From Treponemataceae bacterium (GTDB lineage Bacteria > Spirochaetota > Spirochaetia > Treponematales > Rectinemataceae), in NCBI GenBank assembly GCA_963678065.2, contig CAXXVZ010000003.1:1760001-1824000 (forward strand): a stretch of DNA of 64,000 bases, in the 5' to 3' direction. Below are positions 1 to 9,914 of this stretch, piece after piece; position 1 is the stretch's first letter; every line of letters starts with the position of its first letter. The notes beneath the pieces are model-generated. The model had not been told where the DNA came from, made no database searches, and worked only from the letters and a program-made list of their open reading frames with translations. Position numbers and translations under genes: made by a program.

Positions 1-214
1 TGCCGAGATCGATGGCGGCCGCGAGATCCGGATCGTTCGGGCCGATGAAATACAGGAAACTGGAATCCTGACGGAAATCATGACAGTTGTCGGCATAATT
101 CTTTGGACTCTGGCGGTTTCCGATGAACACCGCGAGTCCCTCGTCGATTCCCCGGGCAGCCAGAAGGCCAAGGAGAGCCTTCCTGCGTCCGGAATGGACA
201 GCAGCATCGAACAT
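1..214 (-). CDS. pepP: Xaa-Pro aminopeptidase (aminopeptidase P), N-terminal part; runs off the window
   Basis: Hand-translated from ATG at 214: MFDAAVHSGRRKALL...NYADNCHDFRQDSSFLYFIGPNDPD. FRQDS.FLY is the AMP_N motif. Not in the ORF track. Confidence 0.75.
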   Translation of the reverse strand, partial: MFDAAVHSGRRKALLGLLAARGIDEGLAVFIGNRQSPKNYADNCHDFRQDSSFLYFIGPNDPDLAAAIDLG

Positions 215-249
215 TTCTTACCCCTTCTTCCGTGATTCCGGCCCCGGAC

Positions 250-2256
250 TCAGCTCTGCCTGATCCAGACAAGCATTTCGCTCTCGCCGCGGTTGTCCCA
301 GGCGTAATAGGGCACCGCCTTGATCCGGAGCGGAGTGTTGAAAGGCTCATAGTCCCTGTACAAGTCGTCGCCCCAGGCCGCCAGCTCCGAGGCCCTGTCC
401 TGAATGCCGCCTTCTCCGGCTTCGCGCGGTCCCTCGCCGCCATTTCCCCGACGGAAGGCGTCGGCGTAGACAGCGACGACCCCGCCCAGAAGTCCTTCCT
501 CGAAGCGCTCAGAGAAACGGGGCTCCGCGGCGAGCACGATGTCGGCGAGGTTCGGGCCGTTGTCGACTTCCTCGAGGCAATAGATGACCGGTCCGCGGGC
601 GATCGCGACTTTGCCCGCGTCGGCCGTCACGGCGGGATTGGCCGCGACTCTCCGGACCGGCATCGGGAGTTCGAGATCGACACTGTCCCCGGAAGCCCAT
701 TCGCGCAGGATTGAGACGTATCCTTCAACCGGTGCGAGGTTCAGGTCCCCGCCGTTGAGACTCAGACGGAACCCTGTGCACCATCCGGGAATGCGCAGCC
801 TGAGCGAGAAGTACGCGGGGCGATCCGGCGAAACGGAAATCCCGACCCTGCCCGAGCGGGGATAGTCGCCTTGGAGGGCGATCCGGAGCGCCGCGCCGGC
901 GATGTCGAGGCTCGCCTCGCTCGCGATGTAGAGCTGGACCGATACGTCGGGGGGGCTTCCCCTCCCGCCCGGGGAGGATGAGTAGATGTAGCCGCCGATG
1001 GAGGCGATGAGCCTCGCGAGATTGGGCGGGCAGCAGGCGCAGGGGAACCAGCCCTTGCGCGTCGTCGACGCGTAGCTCATGTCGCGCGTGCGGGCGACGA
1101 CAGAGGGCAGCGATTCGAGGAGGTTCACATAGAAGTACTTCCGTCCGTCCAGAGAGATGCCCGAAAGCACTCCGTTGTGGAGGGCCCGCTCGGCCACGTC
1201 GAAGTAGTCGCCCTTCCGCTCGAGCCTGGCCATGCGCGCGGCCCAGAAGACGAGGCCGATGGAGGCGCAGGTCTCGTTGTAGGTCGAAGCGTTCGGCAGG
1301 TCGTAGTCTTCGGAGAAGCCTTCCCAGGATTCGTCCTGTCCGATTCCTCCGGTGACGAACATCTGGCGCCTCGTCACGTCCTTCCAGAGTTCGCGGCAGG
1401 CTTCGGCGAGTTTTGCGTCGCCGTCGATCGCGGCGAGATCCGCCATGGCCGAGTACATGTAGACGGCGCGCACAGCGTGGCCGGTGGCCTTCTTCTGCTC
1501 CCTGACGGGAAGGTGGGTCTGGTTGTATTCGGCCATCCTCTCCCCGAAGTAGCCCTTGTCATCCGGTTGGCCGCGGGCCGCAGCCTCGAGTTCGAAGAAG
1601 GCGGGCTTCCTCCCCCTCTCGTCGATGAAGTACCGGGCAAGGTCGAGGTAGCGCTTCTCCCCGGTTTCACCGTAGAGCCCGACGAGGGCCATCTCCGTGA
1701 CCTGGTGGCCCGGATAGCCGTGGAGCTTGCCCTCCTGGGGGCCGAAAATCGAGTCGATGTGGTCGGCGTTCACCCGCATGATGTCGAGGAAGCGGGTCTT
1801 GCCGGTCGCACGGTGATAGGCGACAGCCGCCTCGATGAGGTGCCCGGCCACGTAGAGCTCATGGCTGTCCCTCTCGCAGGTCCATCGTTTTCCCTTTTCC
1901 TTGAGCGTGAAGTAGGTGTTGAGGTAGCCATCGGGCCACTGGGCGCGGCCGAGATCCTCGATCAGACCATCCGCGAGGCTTTCCAGTCCAGGATCGCGTT
2001 CCGTCGCGAGACACCAGGCTGCCGCCTCGAGCCACTTGGCCAGATCGCTGTCCTGGAAGCGGAAGCCGTAGAACTCGCCTTCCTCGAGCCCGGCCGCGAT
2101 CCGGACATTCGCGACGGCATGGCTTTTGGCCACCCCCTCGACGCGGTCATTCATGACCTCCCACTGATAGGGAACGATCACCTTCCTCACGAGCTCCATG
2201 TACGGGGTCCAGAATGTATCGCTGACCCTCACCTTCTCGGCTGAAATAGGTTTCAT
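250..2256 (-). CDS. GH127 glycoside hydrolase (beta-L-arabinofuranosidase, HypBA1-like)
   Basis: FQDSDLAKWLEA, HELYVAGH, GHAVRAVYMY, YNETCAS and CACCPPN (Zn/Cys nucleophile) motifs. Confidence 0.93.
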   Translation of the reverse strand: MKPISAEKVRVSDTFWTPYMELVRKVIVPYQWEVMNDRVEGVAKSHAVANVRIAAGLEEGEFYGFRFQDSDLAKWLEAAAWCLATERDPGLESLADGLIEDLGRAQWPDGYLNTYFTLKEKGKRWTCERDSHELYVAGHLIEAAVAYHRATGKTRFLDIMRVNADHIDSIFGPQEGKLHGYPGHQVTEMALVGLYGETGEKRYLDLARYFIDERGRKPAFFELEAAARGQPDDKGYFGERMAEYNQTHLPVREQKKATGHAVRAVYMYSAMADLAAIDGDAKLAEACRELWKDVTRRQMFVTGGIGQDESWEGFSEDYDLPNASTYNETCASIGLVFWAARMARLERKGDYFDVAERALHNGVLSGISLDGRKYFYVNLLESLPSVVARTRDMSYASTTRKGWFPCACCPPNLARLIASIGGYIYSSSPGGRGSPPDVSVQLYIASEASLDIAGAALRIALQGDYPRSGRVGISVSPDRPAYFSLRLRIPGWCTGFRLSLNGGDLNLAPVEGYVSILREWASGDSVDLELPMPVRRVAANPAVTADAGKVAIARGPVIYCLEEVDNGPNLADIVLAAEPRFSERFEEGLLGGVVAVYADAFRRGNGGEGPREAGEGGIQDRASELAAWGDDLYRDYEPFNTPLRIKAVPYYAWDNRGESEMLVWIRQS

Positions 2257-2338
2257 CGGCGCGGACTCCTTGGCATTTTATTCTTGATCAGTATTGACAA
2301 GGGTCGGGAGGTATACAAGCATGCAAATCAGGTAGAAT

Positions 2339-3205
2339 ATGAGTACGATTCCGACTTCCCCTGCCCCGCGGCTCTCCTTTGCCTTCGACATGCCTCTTGT
2401 CCCGGAGAACGCCGGGCGCTTCGTGTCGAGAGGGGAAGGCCGGCATCCCGAGCGGATACTCGATTCCTTCGAGGCGATCTTCGTGGTCAGCGGCCTTCTC
2501 GGGATCAGCGAGGAAGGCCGTGGATACTCGGTCCCGGCCGGAGAGTACCTGGTGCTCTCGCCGGGGCGCCGGCACTGGGGAACGGAGGATTACGGACCCG
2601 AGCTCGAGTTCTACTGGATGCATTTCCGGATGAAAAAAAACGCCGGTCCGGGTTTTGTCAGCACCGGGTCCGGTATACCCATCATCGGTTTTCCGGTCTC
2701 CGGGCGGGTCGGCAACCCGGACAGGCTCGTCGAGCTCTTTCGCTGGTTTCTCGACGAGCAGGAAAAATTCGGCCCCGGCGCCGAGGGGATGTGGATGCCC
2801 TGCCTCGCCATCATCTCCTTCATGGCGAGGGGAGAGGGATCGAGGCCGCCCGATGACAGGACACTGCCGCTCTTCGCGCGTCAGGCCAGGCTCGTCGTCG
2901 CGCGCCGCTTCACCGAGGCCACATCCACCCGGCTCATCGCGGCGGACCTGGGCTGCAATCCCGATTACCTGGGGCGCATCTACAAGAAGAGCTTTGGCGT
3001 CGCGCTCATGGATGACCTGCACGGGCAGAGAATCAGGCTCGCGAAAAGCCTTCTCATGGACGGAAACCTCAACATCAACGAGGTGGCCTTTCGCTGCGGC
3101 TACACCGACATCGTCCACTTCCGGCGCATGTTCAGGCGTTTCGAGGGCACGACGCCCAAAACCTGGCGCGCCCTCAATTCGCGCATGCACCTCAACGCGA
3201 TCTGA
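2339..3205 (+). CDS. AraC family transcriptional regulator
   Basis: N-terminal cupin-like domain; C-terminal HTH (AKSLL...INEVAFRCGYTDIVHFRRMFRRFEGTTP); divergent from GH127. Confidence 0.92.
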   Translation: MSTIPTSPAPRLSFAFDMPLVPENAGRFVSRGEGRHPERILDSFEAIFVVSGLLGISEEGRGYSVPAGEYLVLSPGRRHWGTEDYGPELEFYWMHFRMKKNAGPGFVSTGSGIPIIGFPVSGRVGNPDRLVELFRWFLDEQEKFGPGAEGMWMPCLAIISFMARGEGSRPPDDRTLPLFARQARLVVARRFTEATSTRLIAADLGCNPDYLGRIYKKSFGVALMDDLHGQRIRLAKSLLMDGNLNINEVAFRCGYTDIVHFRRMFRRFEGTTPKTWRALNSRMHLNAI

Positions 3206-3206
3206 G

Positions 3207-3270
3207 CATGATGTCCAGAGACCCTGATGCCCAGAGACCCTGATGCCAGGAGACCATGATGTCCGGAGAC
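3207..3270. repeat. Imperfect 16-bp tandem repeat, 4 copies
   Basis: CATGATGTCCAGAGAC / CCTGATGCCCAGAGAC / CCTGATGCCAGGAGAC / CATGATGTCCGGAGAC, read directly. Confidence 0.85.
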
Positions 3271-3338
3271 TGTTGCGCCCCGGCCGCGGTGACATTAGGA
3301 TAAACCGCCGCAGAAAATCTCTTCTTCGGGGTTGTGCC

Positions 3339-6300
3339 ATGGACAGGGACAAGGGAACGGTGTTTCTGACAATCAGCCTCATTTTCCTTGTCGGCACAGC
3401 GAGTCTGCTCCGCGGCATCAGCCCGGGCGATCTCGGCTATTACAGCCTCGGGACCAGGGAGGGTCTGGCGGGAGACACTGTGCGCGCCATACTGCAGGAT
3501 CGCCGGGGGCACATGTGGTTCGGCGCGACAGGTGGCATCTCGCGTTTTGACGGGCACAGCTTCGAGACATTCAGACCGCGCTTTGAAGGGACTTCCTTCG
3601 CCTCGTCCCGGGTGCTCGCCCTCGTCGAGGATCAGTCCGGAACGATATGGATCGGGACCGAGGGAGGAGGTGTCTCGAGCTTCAACCCCGATTCGGGCAA
3701 ATTCGTTTCCTACAGAGGAGAAAAAGGCTTGCGCACCGACCGGGTGACCGCTCTCGGGCTGGACGGCCTCGGCAGGCTCATCGCAGGCGGCGCCGAGGGA
3801 AGTCTGGACAGATACGATCCATCGGGAGACAGATTCCTGCCATTCAGCGACCGCGAAGCTCATCCCTCGCGGATCAACGGAATACTCGGCGACTCGGGCG
3901 GCAGAATCTGGGTGGCGACGGAAGGTCGCGGCCTCGAACTTTTCGGGGAGGACGGTTCCCGTCTGGCCGTCTATCGCCACGACGACAGAGATCCTGCGAG
4001 CATCTCCTCGGACTACGCGACCGCCCTCTTCGAGGACTCCTTCGGCGGCGTCTGGATCGGCGGCGGCGAGGGCAGGATCGACCTGTACCGGGAGGGTCGA
4101 TTCAGCCATGCCGGAAATTCGGGCATCTTTGACCATGTGGAAGCGATCGCCGAAGACCTGGAAGGAAGACTGTGGATCGGATACCGAAACGCGGGAATCT
4201 GCTTCCTGGACCCGGCCAGTCTGCGGATGACGGAAGCGCCGCCGGCCGACCGCGTCCCTGTCCTCGCGCTGAGGCGGGATCGCGGAGGCTTGATGTGGGC
4301 CGGACTCGGACAGGAAGGAGTACGGGTGTACAACCTTCGATCCTCGGCGTTCAGACGCATCGTGCGCAAGGATGTATCCGGGAAACCCGAAGCGGTCACC
4401 GGCCTCGCGGTCATGCCCGACGGAACGGTCCTCGCCAAAACCGTGGGTATGGGCATCGTGCGGCCTGATCCGGGGGCGGGGAAGTTCCGGGCAGATGCGG
4501 CCTTTCCGGCTTCCCTTTTTCCTCCCGCGTCGAAAGCGCAGGAGACGGATACCCTCCTCGCGACGAGGGACGGATCGCTTTTTGTCGGAACCGAGGAAGG
4601 CCTGTATCGATGCAGCGCCGACGGAAGTCTCCGCATTTTCCGGCACCTCGGGGGGAGAACGGGAGGCATCGCGGGCAACTCCGTCCTCGCCCTCTGTGAA
4701 GACAGCGATGGATCCGTCTGGGTTGGCCTCGAAGACGCTGGCCTCGACAATTTCGATCCGGGGAAAGGTACATTCACGCACCACGCTCTCGGGGAAGGGA
4801 ATGGATCGGAGCGCGCGCTCCCTTCGGTCACGGCCGTCCTGCGCGACTCTTCCGGAAGGCTCTGGGCCGGGACCCGCGACGCGGGGCTCTGGAGACTCGA
4901 CCCGGGAACTGACCGCTTCGTCGCGCACACCGGAGGAAGGGGCGAGCCTTCTCCCGTGGGCGATTCGTGTATCACCGTGGTTTTCGAAGACTCAGGCGGA
5001 AATATCTGGGTAGGCACGGGAGGGGCAGGCCTCGTCCGCCTCGATCCCGAGACCGGAACCTTCGTCCATTACGGCGAGATGGAAGGCTTCTACGGCGACA
5101 GTGTCCAGGCGATCGCGGAAGATCGCGCCGGCATACTCTGGATCGCGAGCTCGGCCGGGTTGTACAGCTTCGACAGGAACCTGGGCGATTTTTTCTGTTT
5201 CGGTGCAGAGGATGGACTGGTCCCGGGCCCCTTCAGCCCCGGCGCCCTCGTGGTCGGCGGCGACGGAAAGGTCTGGGCGGGCGGCTCCGGGGGAATGACG
5301 GCCTTCGATCCTGTCGCCGTGTCGCGCTACGCGCCGCAGCCGGAGATCACGATATCGGGCTCGGTCCTCGGAGACCCATCGGGCTCGGCCCACTCGCAGG
5401 AGGGGAGCTCGCTCCGGATCGGGTACGACAACCGGGGTCTCGGATTCAGCATCTCGGTCATAGACTATACGGCTCCTTCCCGCGATCGGTATGCCATGAA
5501 ACTGGACGGGAAACAGGAAGAATGGACATTCCTCGGCCGGAACAATTCCGGCTTCATCGCCCCCCTCTCTCCCGGACGGTACACGCTCCGCGTGAAAGGC
5601 TCGAACGGGAACGGCATCTGGAACAATTACGGCGCCTCGCTCTCGATCCTCGTCTCGCCGCCGTTCTGGGCCACCTGGTGGTTCAGGCTGGCCGTCGCGG
5701 TCTTCGTCCTCGGCCTCCTCGCTCTCGGAATACTGGCCAGGATCCTGTCCCTGCGAAGACGAAACGAACTCCTCGTGAATTTCTCGCGACACATCGAGAA
5801 TGCGCGGGAAGAAGAGAGGCGCATGGCTGCCCGCGAAGTCCACGACGAGATCGGCCAGCACCTGACCGTCCTCAATTTCCATGCCTACTGGCTGGCCTCC
5901 CATCCGGAGGCGGAACGCCCAGAATCGCTCGCGCGCATCGCGGCGATCAGGAAGGGCATCACCGACGCGATGGAATCGGTCAAATCCGTGGCGACCAAGC
6001 TCCGGCCGGCCGTGCTCGACACGCTCGATTTCACAGGGGCGCTGAGGTGGTACGCTCAGGATTTCGCGCGGCTGAGTGGCATCGAGGTCTTCCATTCCGT
6101 CGGGGAAGGCATCATGATTCCCGCGGGAGAACTCGCCACGGCCCTGTTCCGGGTACTTCAGGAAATGCTCGGCAATGTCATGCGGCACTCGGGGGCCCGG
6201 CGCGTGAACATCACGTTCAAGGCCGACGAAGAGGCGTATCTCCTCGAGGTGAAGGATGACGGCACGGGAATGGATTCGGGAAGGGCGGCCCGCCCGGATT

Positions 6301-6428
6301 CCTTCGGCATCATCGGGATGAAGGAACGCTGCGCGTCTTTCGGCGGAGCCCTGGAGATCGAGAGCGCGCCGGGAAACGGCACGACGGTCAGGGCGCGAAT
6401 CCCGAAAAACGCGGGAGGGAAACGATGA
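3339..6428 (+). CDS. Sensor histidine kinase: beta-propeller repeats + Y_Y_Y + TM + HisKA_3/HATPase_c
   Basis: Repeated D..G.(I/L)W.GT motifs; LSPGRYTLRVKGSN; PPFWATWWF before the TM; H-box REVHDEIGQ; G-box FGIIGMKER. Start moved to ATG 3339 (signal peptide). Confidence 0.9.
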   Translation: MDRDKGTVFLTISLIFLVGTASLLRGISPGDLGYYSLGTREGLAGDTVRAILQDRRGHMWFGATGGISRFDGHSFETFRPRFEGTSFASSRVLALVEDQSGTIWIGTEGGGVSSFNPDSGKFVSYRGEKGLRTDRVTALGLDGLGRLIAGGAEGSLDRYDPSGDRFLPFSDREAHPSRINGILGDSGGRIWVATEGRGLELFGEDGSRLAVYRHDDRDPASISSDYATALFEDSFGGVWIGGGEGRIDLYREGRFSHAGNSGIFDHVEAIAEDLEGRLWIGYRNAGICFLDPASLRMTEAPPADRVPVLALRRDRGGLMWAGLGQEGVRVYNLRSSAFRRIVRKDVSGKPEAVTGLAVMPDGTVLAKTVGMGIVRPDPGAGKFRADAAFPASLFPPASKAQETDTLLATRDGSLFVGTEEGLYRCSADGSLRIFRHLGGRTGGIAGNSVLALCEDSDGSVWVGLEDAGLDNFDPGKGTFTHHALGEGNGSERALPSVTAVLRDSSGRLWAGTRDAGLWRLDPGTDRFVAHTGGRGEPSPVGDSCITVVFEDSGGNIWVGTGGAGLVRLDPETGTFVHYGEMEGFYGDSVQAIAEDRAGILWIASSAGLYSFDRNLGDFFCFGAEDGLVPGPFSPGALVVGGDGKVWAGGSGGMTAFDPVAVSRYAPQPEITISGSVLGDPSGSAHSQEGSSLRIGYDNRGLGFSISVIDYTAPSRDRYAMKLDGKQEEWTFLGRNNSGFIAPLSPGRYTLRVKGSNGNGIWNNYGASLSILVSPPFWATWWFRLAVAVFVLGLLALGILARILSLRRRNELLVNFSRHIENAREEERRMAAREVHDEIGQHLTVLNFHAYWLASHPEAERPESLARIAAIRKGITDAMESVKSVATKLRPAVLDTLDFTGALRWYAQDFARLSGIEVFHSVGEGIMIPAGELATALFRVLQEMLGNVMRHSGARRVNITFKADEEAYLLEVKDDGTGMDSGRAARPDSFGIIGMKERCASFGGALEIESAPGNGTTVRARIPKNAGGKR

Positions 6429-7063
6429 CCCGGATACTCGTCGCCGACGACCACTTCCTCGTGCGCAAGGGACTGCGCCAGCTCCTCGAGGAGAACATTC
6501 CCCACGTGAGCGTCGACGAGGCCGAGGACGCGATTTCCGTCCTCGCGGGCGCGGGAAAGATCGACTACGACCTCGTCATCCTCGATTATTCGATGCCGGG
6601 GCGGGACGGACTCGATCTCGTCCGGGACCTCAAGGACGCGCATCCGCGGATGCACGTCCTCATACTGTCCATACTGCCCGAAGACCAGTACGCGCTCCGC
6701 GCCTTCAAGCTCGGGGCCTCGGGATGCGTGAACAAGGCCATCGATCCGGGCGAACTGCTCGAGGCGGTCAGGACCGTCCTCGCGGGGAGGCGCTTCCTCA
6801 GCCGGAGGGCCCAGGAACTCCTTCTCGGCGACATCACGGGGGAGAGTCCCGACGAACCGCATCGCCGCCTCTCCGACAGGGAATTCCAGGTGCTCCGCCT
6901 CCTCGCCTCCGGCAAGAGTGTGGGAGAAATCGCCGGGCTCTGCTCGCTGAGCGCGAAGACAGTCAGCACCTACCGCGGCAGGATCCTCGAGAAAATGAAC
7001 ATGGAAAACAACGCCCAGCTCATGAATTACGCCTTCAGGCACGGCCTCGTCGAGGGCAAGTGA
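6425..7063 (+). CDS. NarL/UvrY-family response regulator (REC + LuxR HTH)
   Basis: ILVADDH, LDYSMPG, LSDREFQVL...LSAKTVSTY; 4-nt overlap with the kinase. Confidence 0.94.
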   Translation: MTRILVADDHFLVRKGLRQLLEENIPHVSVDEAEDAISVLAGAGKIDYDLVILDYSMPGRDGLDLVRDLKDAHPRMHVLILSILPEDQYALRAFKLGASGCVNKAIDPGELLEAVRTVLAGRRFLSRRAQELLLGDITGESPDEPHRRLSDREFQVLRLLASGKSVGEIAGLCSLSAKTVSTYRGRILEKMNMENNAQLMNYAFRHGLVEGK

Positions 7064-7205
7064 AATCCTCGTGCCCGCCTTCTTTGCGTGTAGGAAAAGC
7101 TCGTACATACGAAATATCCCCCGCCCTACATACGGCACCGCACAGGGGATCTAGACTTCCGCACTGAGTGATCCGCGCGGACGCGGGTCCTCCGGAGGTA
7201 TTTTC

Positions 7206-8804
7206 ATGATGTACAGTGGAAGGACGTCGCGGCGCCTGTCGGCGATCGCGGCGGTATCGGTTGTCCTGCTATTCTGTGCCACCGCCGCGGGGGCCCAGTC
7301 GATCCTCAAAATGGGACTCACCGCGGAGACCCTCTCCCTCGATCCGCAATTCTCCACGACCGGATCGACCCAGCAAGTGTCCCAGCACATCTTTGACACT
7401 CTGGTGACGAGGGACAAAAATCTGCAGATCGCGCCCGGCCTCGCGACTTCCTGGACGGAAGTGAATCCGCTCACCTGGGAGATCAAGCTCCGCCAGGGCG
7501 TAAAATTCCACGACGGAAGGCTCTTCACCTCCGCCGACGTCGTCGCCACCATCGCCCGTATCCCGACCCTCCAGGATTCGGCTTCCAGCTACAAGCGGAA
7601 CATCGCCGCCATCAAGGAGACGGTCGCTGTCGATCCCTACACCGTCCGCTTCCTCCTCAAGACCCCCTCACCCCAGTTCGCCATGGACCTGAGCTTCATC
7701 TACGTGATCTCCGGGGCGACGCCCGTCGGGGCGACGACCGACGACTTCAACAAGGGCAAGTACATGGTCGGCACCGGCCCCTTCAAATTCGTCGAGTGGG
7801 TGCGCGGCGACAGGCTCGTCCTCGAGAAGAACCCCGACTACTGGGGCCGCAGATCCTCTTTCGACAAAGTCATCTTCAAGCCGATCACGAGCGACCCCTC
7901 CCGCGTCGCCGCTCTTCTCGCCGGCGATGTCGACATCATCGACCAAGTCTCTCCCGTCGACCAGGACAGGCTCAGGAAGGACTCGCGGGTCACCCTGTTC
8001 AGCAGGGCCGCCGACCGCATGATGTACCTCCACATGGACACGAACCGGGACAAGACCCCCTTCATCGCCGGCAAGGACGGAAAACCTCTCGACAGGAATC
8101 CCCTGAAGGACATCAGGGTCCGCCAGGCCCTCTCCCTCGCCATCAACCGCGACGCCCTCACCGAGCGCGTGCTGAACGGCGCGGCCGAGCCCACCGGCCA
8201 GTTCGTGCCCGAAGGCATGATCGGCTACATCCCCGACGTGAAGCCCGATCCCTACGAGCCCGAGAAGGCGAAGAAGCTCCTCGCCGAGGCCGGCTATCCC
8301 AACGGCTTCTCCATGACCCTGCACGGCTCGAACGACCGCTTCCTCAACGACGAGCAGGTCACGCAGGCCATCGGGCAGTTCTTCGCCCGGATCGGCATCG
8401 ACATCAAGGTCCAGGCCCTGCCCTACAATGTGTTCACAACTGCCGCGACCAATCTCGAGTACAGCATCTTCCTCATCGGCTTCGGCAACACGACGGGCGA
8501 CGCCGCCCGCGGGCTGACTGCCGTCCTCGCGACCTTCGACAAGGCGACGGGCAACGGCGCGAACAACCGCGGACGCTACTCGAACCCCGAGTTCGACCGC
8601 CTCATCAAGGAAGCCTCCCTGGCCACCAATCCGGACAAGCGCGAATCCTTCCTCCAGGAGGCGGTCCGCGTGGCCATAGTCCGCGACAAGGGCATCATCC
8701 CTCTGTACATCCAGACCAACACCTGGGCAGTCCGCAAGGGACTCGCCTACGAGGCGAGGATGGACGAGTACACGATGGCCAACACGGTGACCGCAGTCAG
8801 ATAA
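7206..8804 (+). CDS. ABC peptide/nickel-family (SBP family 5) substrate-binding protein
   Basis: Signal peptide, LRQGVKFHDG, GTGPFKFVEW, DIRVRQALSLAINR. Confidence 0.93.
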   Translation: MMYSGRTSRRLSAIAAVSVVLLFCATAAGAQSILKMGLTAETLSLDPQFSTTGSTQQVSQHIFDTLVTRDKNLQIAPGLATSWTEVNPLTWEIKLRQGVKFHDGRLFTSADVVATIARIPTLQDSASSYKRNIAAIKETVAVDPYTVRFLLKTPSPQFAMDLSFIYVISGATPVGATTDDFNKGKYMVGTGPFKFVEWVRGDRLVLEKNPDYWGRRSSFDKVIFKPITSDPSRVAALLAGDVDIIDQVSPVDQDRLRKDSRVTLFSRAADRMMYLHMDTNRDKTPFIAGKDGKPLDRNPLKDIRVRQALSLAINRDALTERVLNGAAEPTGQFVPEGMIGYIPDVKPDPYEPEKAKKLLAEAGYPNGFSMTLHGSNDRFLNDEQVTQAIGQFFARIGIDIKVQALPYNVFTTAATNLEYSIFLIGFGNTTGDAARGLTAVLATFDKATGNGANNRGRYSNPEFDRLIKEASLATNPDKRESFLQEAVRVAIVRDKGIIPLYIQTNTWAVRKGLAYEARMDEYTMANTVTAVR

Positions 8805-8939
8805 TGCCTTTCCGTCCCGCCCCCGCGGCTGCAGTCATTGCGGTCGGCGCGACGTGCGGGGCGGAAGGATCGCCCCGACCGGCAGGCTCGTCCGCCCGGT
8901 CGGGAAATCCTTCGCACTTCGTTCAGGGACACCCGACAC

Positions 8940-9914
8940 ATGCTTACCTTCATAATCCGCCGGGGACTGCAGAGCATCATCCTGGTGCTCGTCATGTCGA
9001 TACTGGTTTTCCTCGGAGTCTACGCCATCGGCAACCCCGTAGACCTCCTCGTCGCGCCCGACGCCACCGACGCCGAGCGCCAGGAGGTCGTCGTCCGCTT
9101 CGGACTCGACAGACCGCTGTACGAGCAGTACGACCGCTTCCTCGTCAACGCCGTCCAGGGCGATCTCGGAAAATCCTACCGCTTCAACGAGCCGGCCCTC
9201 AGGCTTATAATCCAGCGCGTCCCCGCGACCCTGGAACTGGCCCTCTGCGCCCTCGTCCTGACCATCGTCATCGGCATACCGCTCGGCCTCCACGCCGGCC
9301 TCAGGCCGGACGCTCCTTCCAGCAAACTGATCATGGGAATCTCGGCCTTCGGCTTCTCCGTGCCGACCTTTTGGCTCGGCCTCATGCTCATCATGGTCTT
9401 CGCGGTGTTCCTGGGCTGGCTGCCCGCCTCAGGGCGCGGGGCCACGGTGAACCTCCTCGGCATCCCGGTCAGCTTCCTCACCCTCGACGGCCTGCGTCAC
9501 CTCGTCCTCCCGGCTATAACGGTGGCCTCGTTCAAAATGTCCCTCATCATACGGCTCACCCGCGCAGGCACGCGGGAAGTCGCCCTCTCCGATTACGTGA
9601 AGTTCGCGCGGGCCAAGGGCCTCCGGACCTCCAGGATCATCCGCGTCCACGTGCTCAGGAACACACTCATCCCCATCATCACCGTCCTCGGCCTCGAGTT
9701 CGGACGCGTGATCGCCTTCGCCGTCGTGACCGAGACGATTTTCGCCTGGCCCGGCATGGGCAAACTCATCATCGACTCGATCGGCGTGCTCGACAGGCCG
9801 GTGATCGTGGCCTACCTCATGGTCATCGTCGTCATGTTCATACTCATCAACCTCATCGTCGACGTCGTGTACTCGCTTCTCGATCCCCGCGTCCGCCTGG
9901 AGGAGATGCGATGA
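8940..9914 (+). CDS. Peptide ABC permease, DppB/OppB-like
   Basis: GDLGKS, EAA loop YVKFARAKGL, ends LDPRVR; start MLTFIIRR at 8940. Confidence 0.92.
   Translation: MLTFIIRRGLQSIILVLVMSILVFLGVYAIGNPVDLLVAPDATDAERQEVVVRFGLDRPLYEQYDRFLVNAVQGDLGKSYRFNEPALRLIIQRVPATLELALCALVLTIVIGIPLGLHAGLRPDAPSSKLIMGISAFGFSVPTFWLGLMLIMVFAVFLGWLPASGRGATVNLLGIPVSFLTLDGLRHLVLPAITVASFKMSLIIRLTRAGTREVALSDYVKFARAKGLRTSRIIRVHVLRNTLIPIITVLGLEFGRVIAFAVVTETIFAWPGMGKLIIDSIGVLDRPVIVAYLMVIVVMFILINLIVDVVYSLLDPRVRLEEMR

Noticed and set aside
3207..3270. Possible mini CRISPR array
   Set aside because: The 16-bp units are contiguous with no unique spacers, and there are no cas genes.
7796..9910. N-terminal ~700 aa of the 998-aa ORF 7796..10792
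   Set aside because: Arg/Pro-rich off-frame shadow of the SBP and DppB genes; only the DppC part from 9911 is real.
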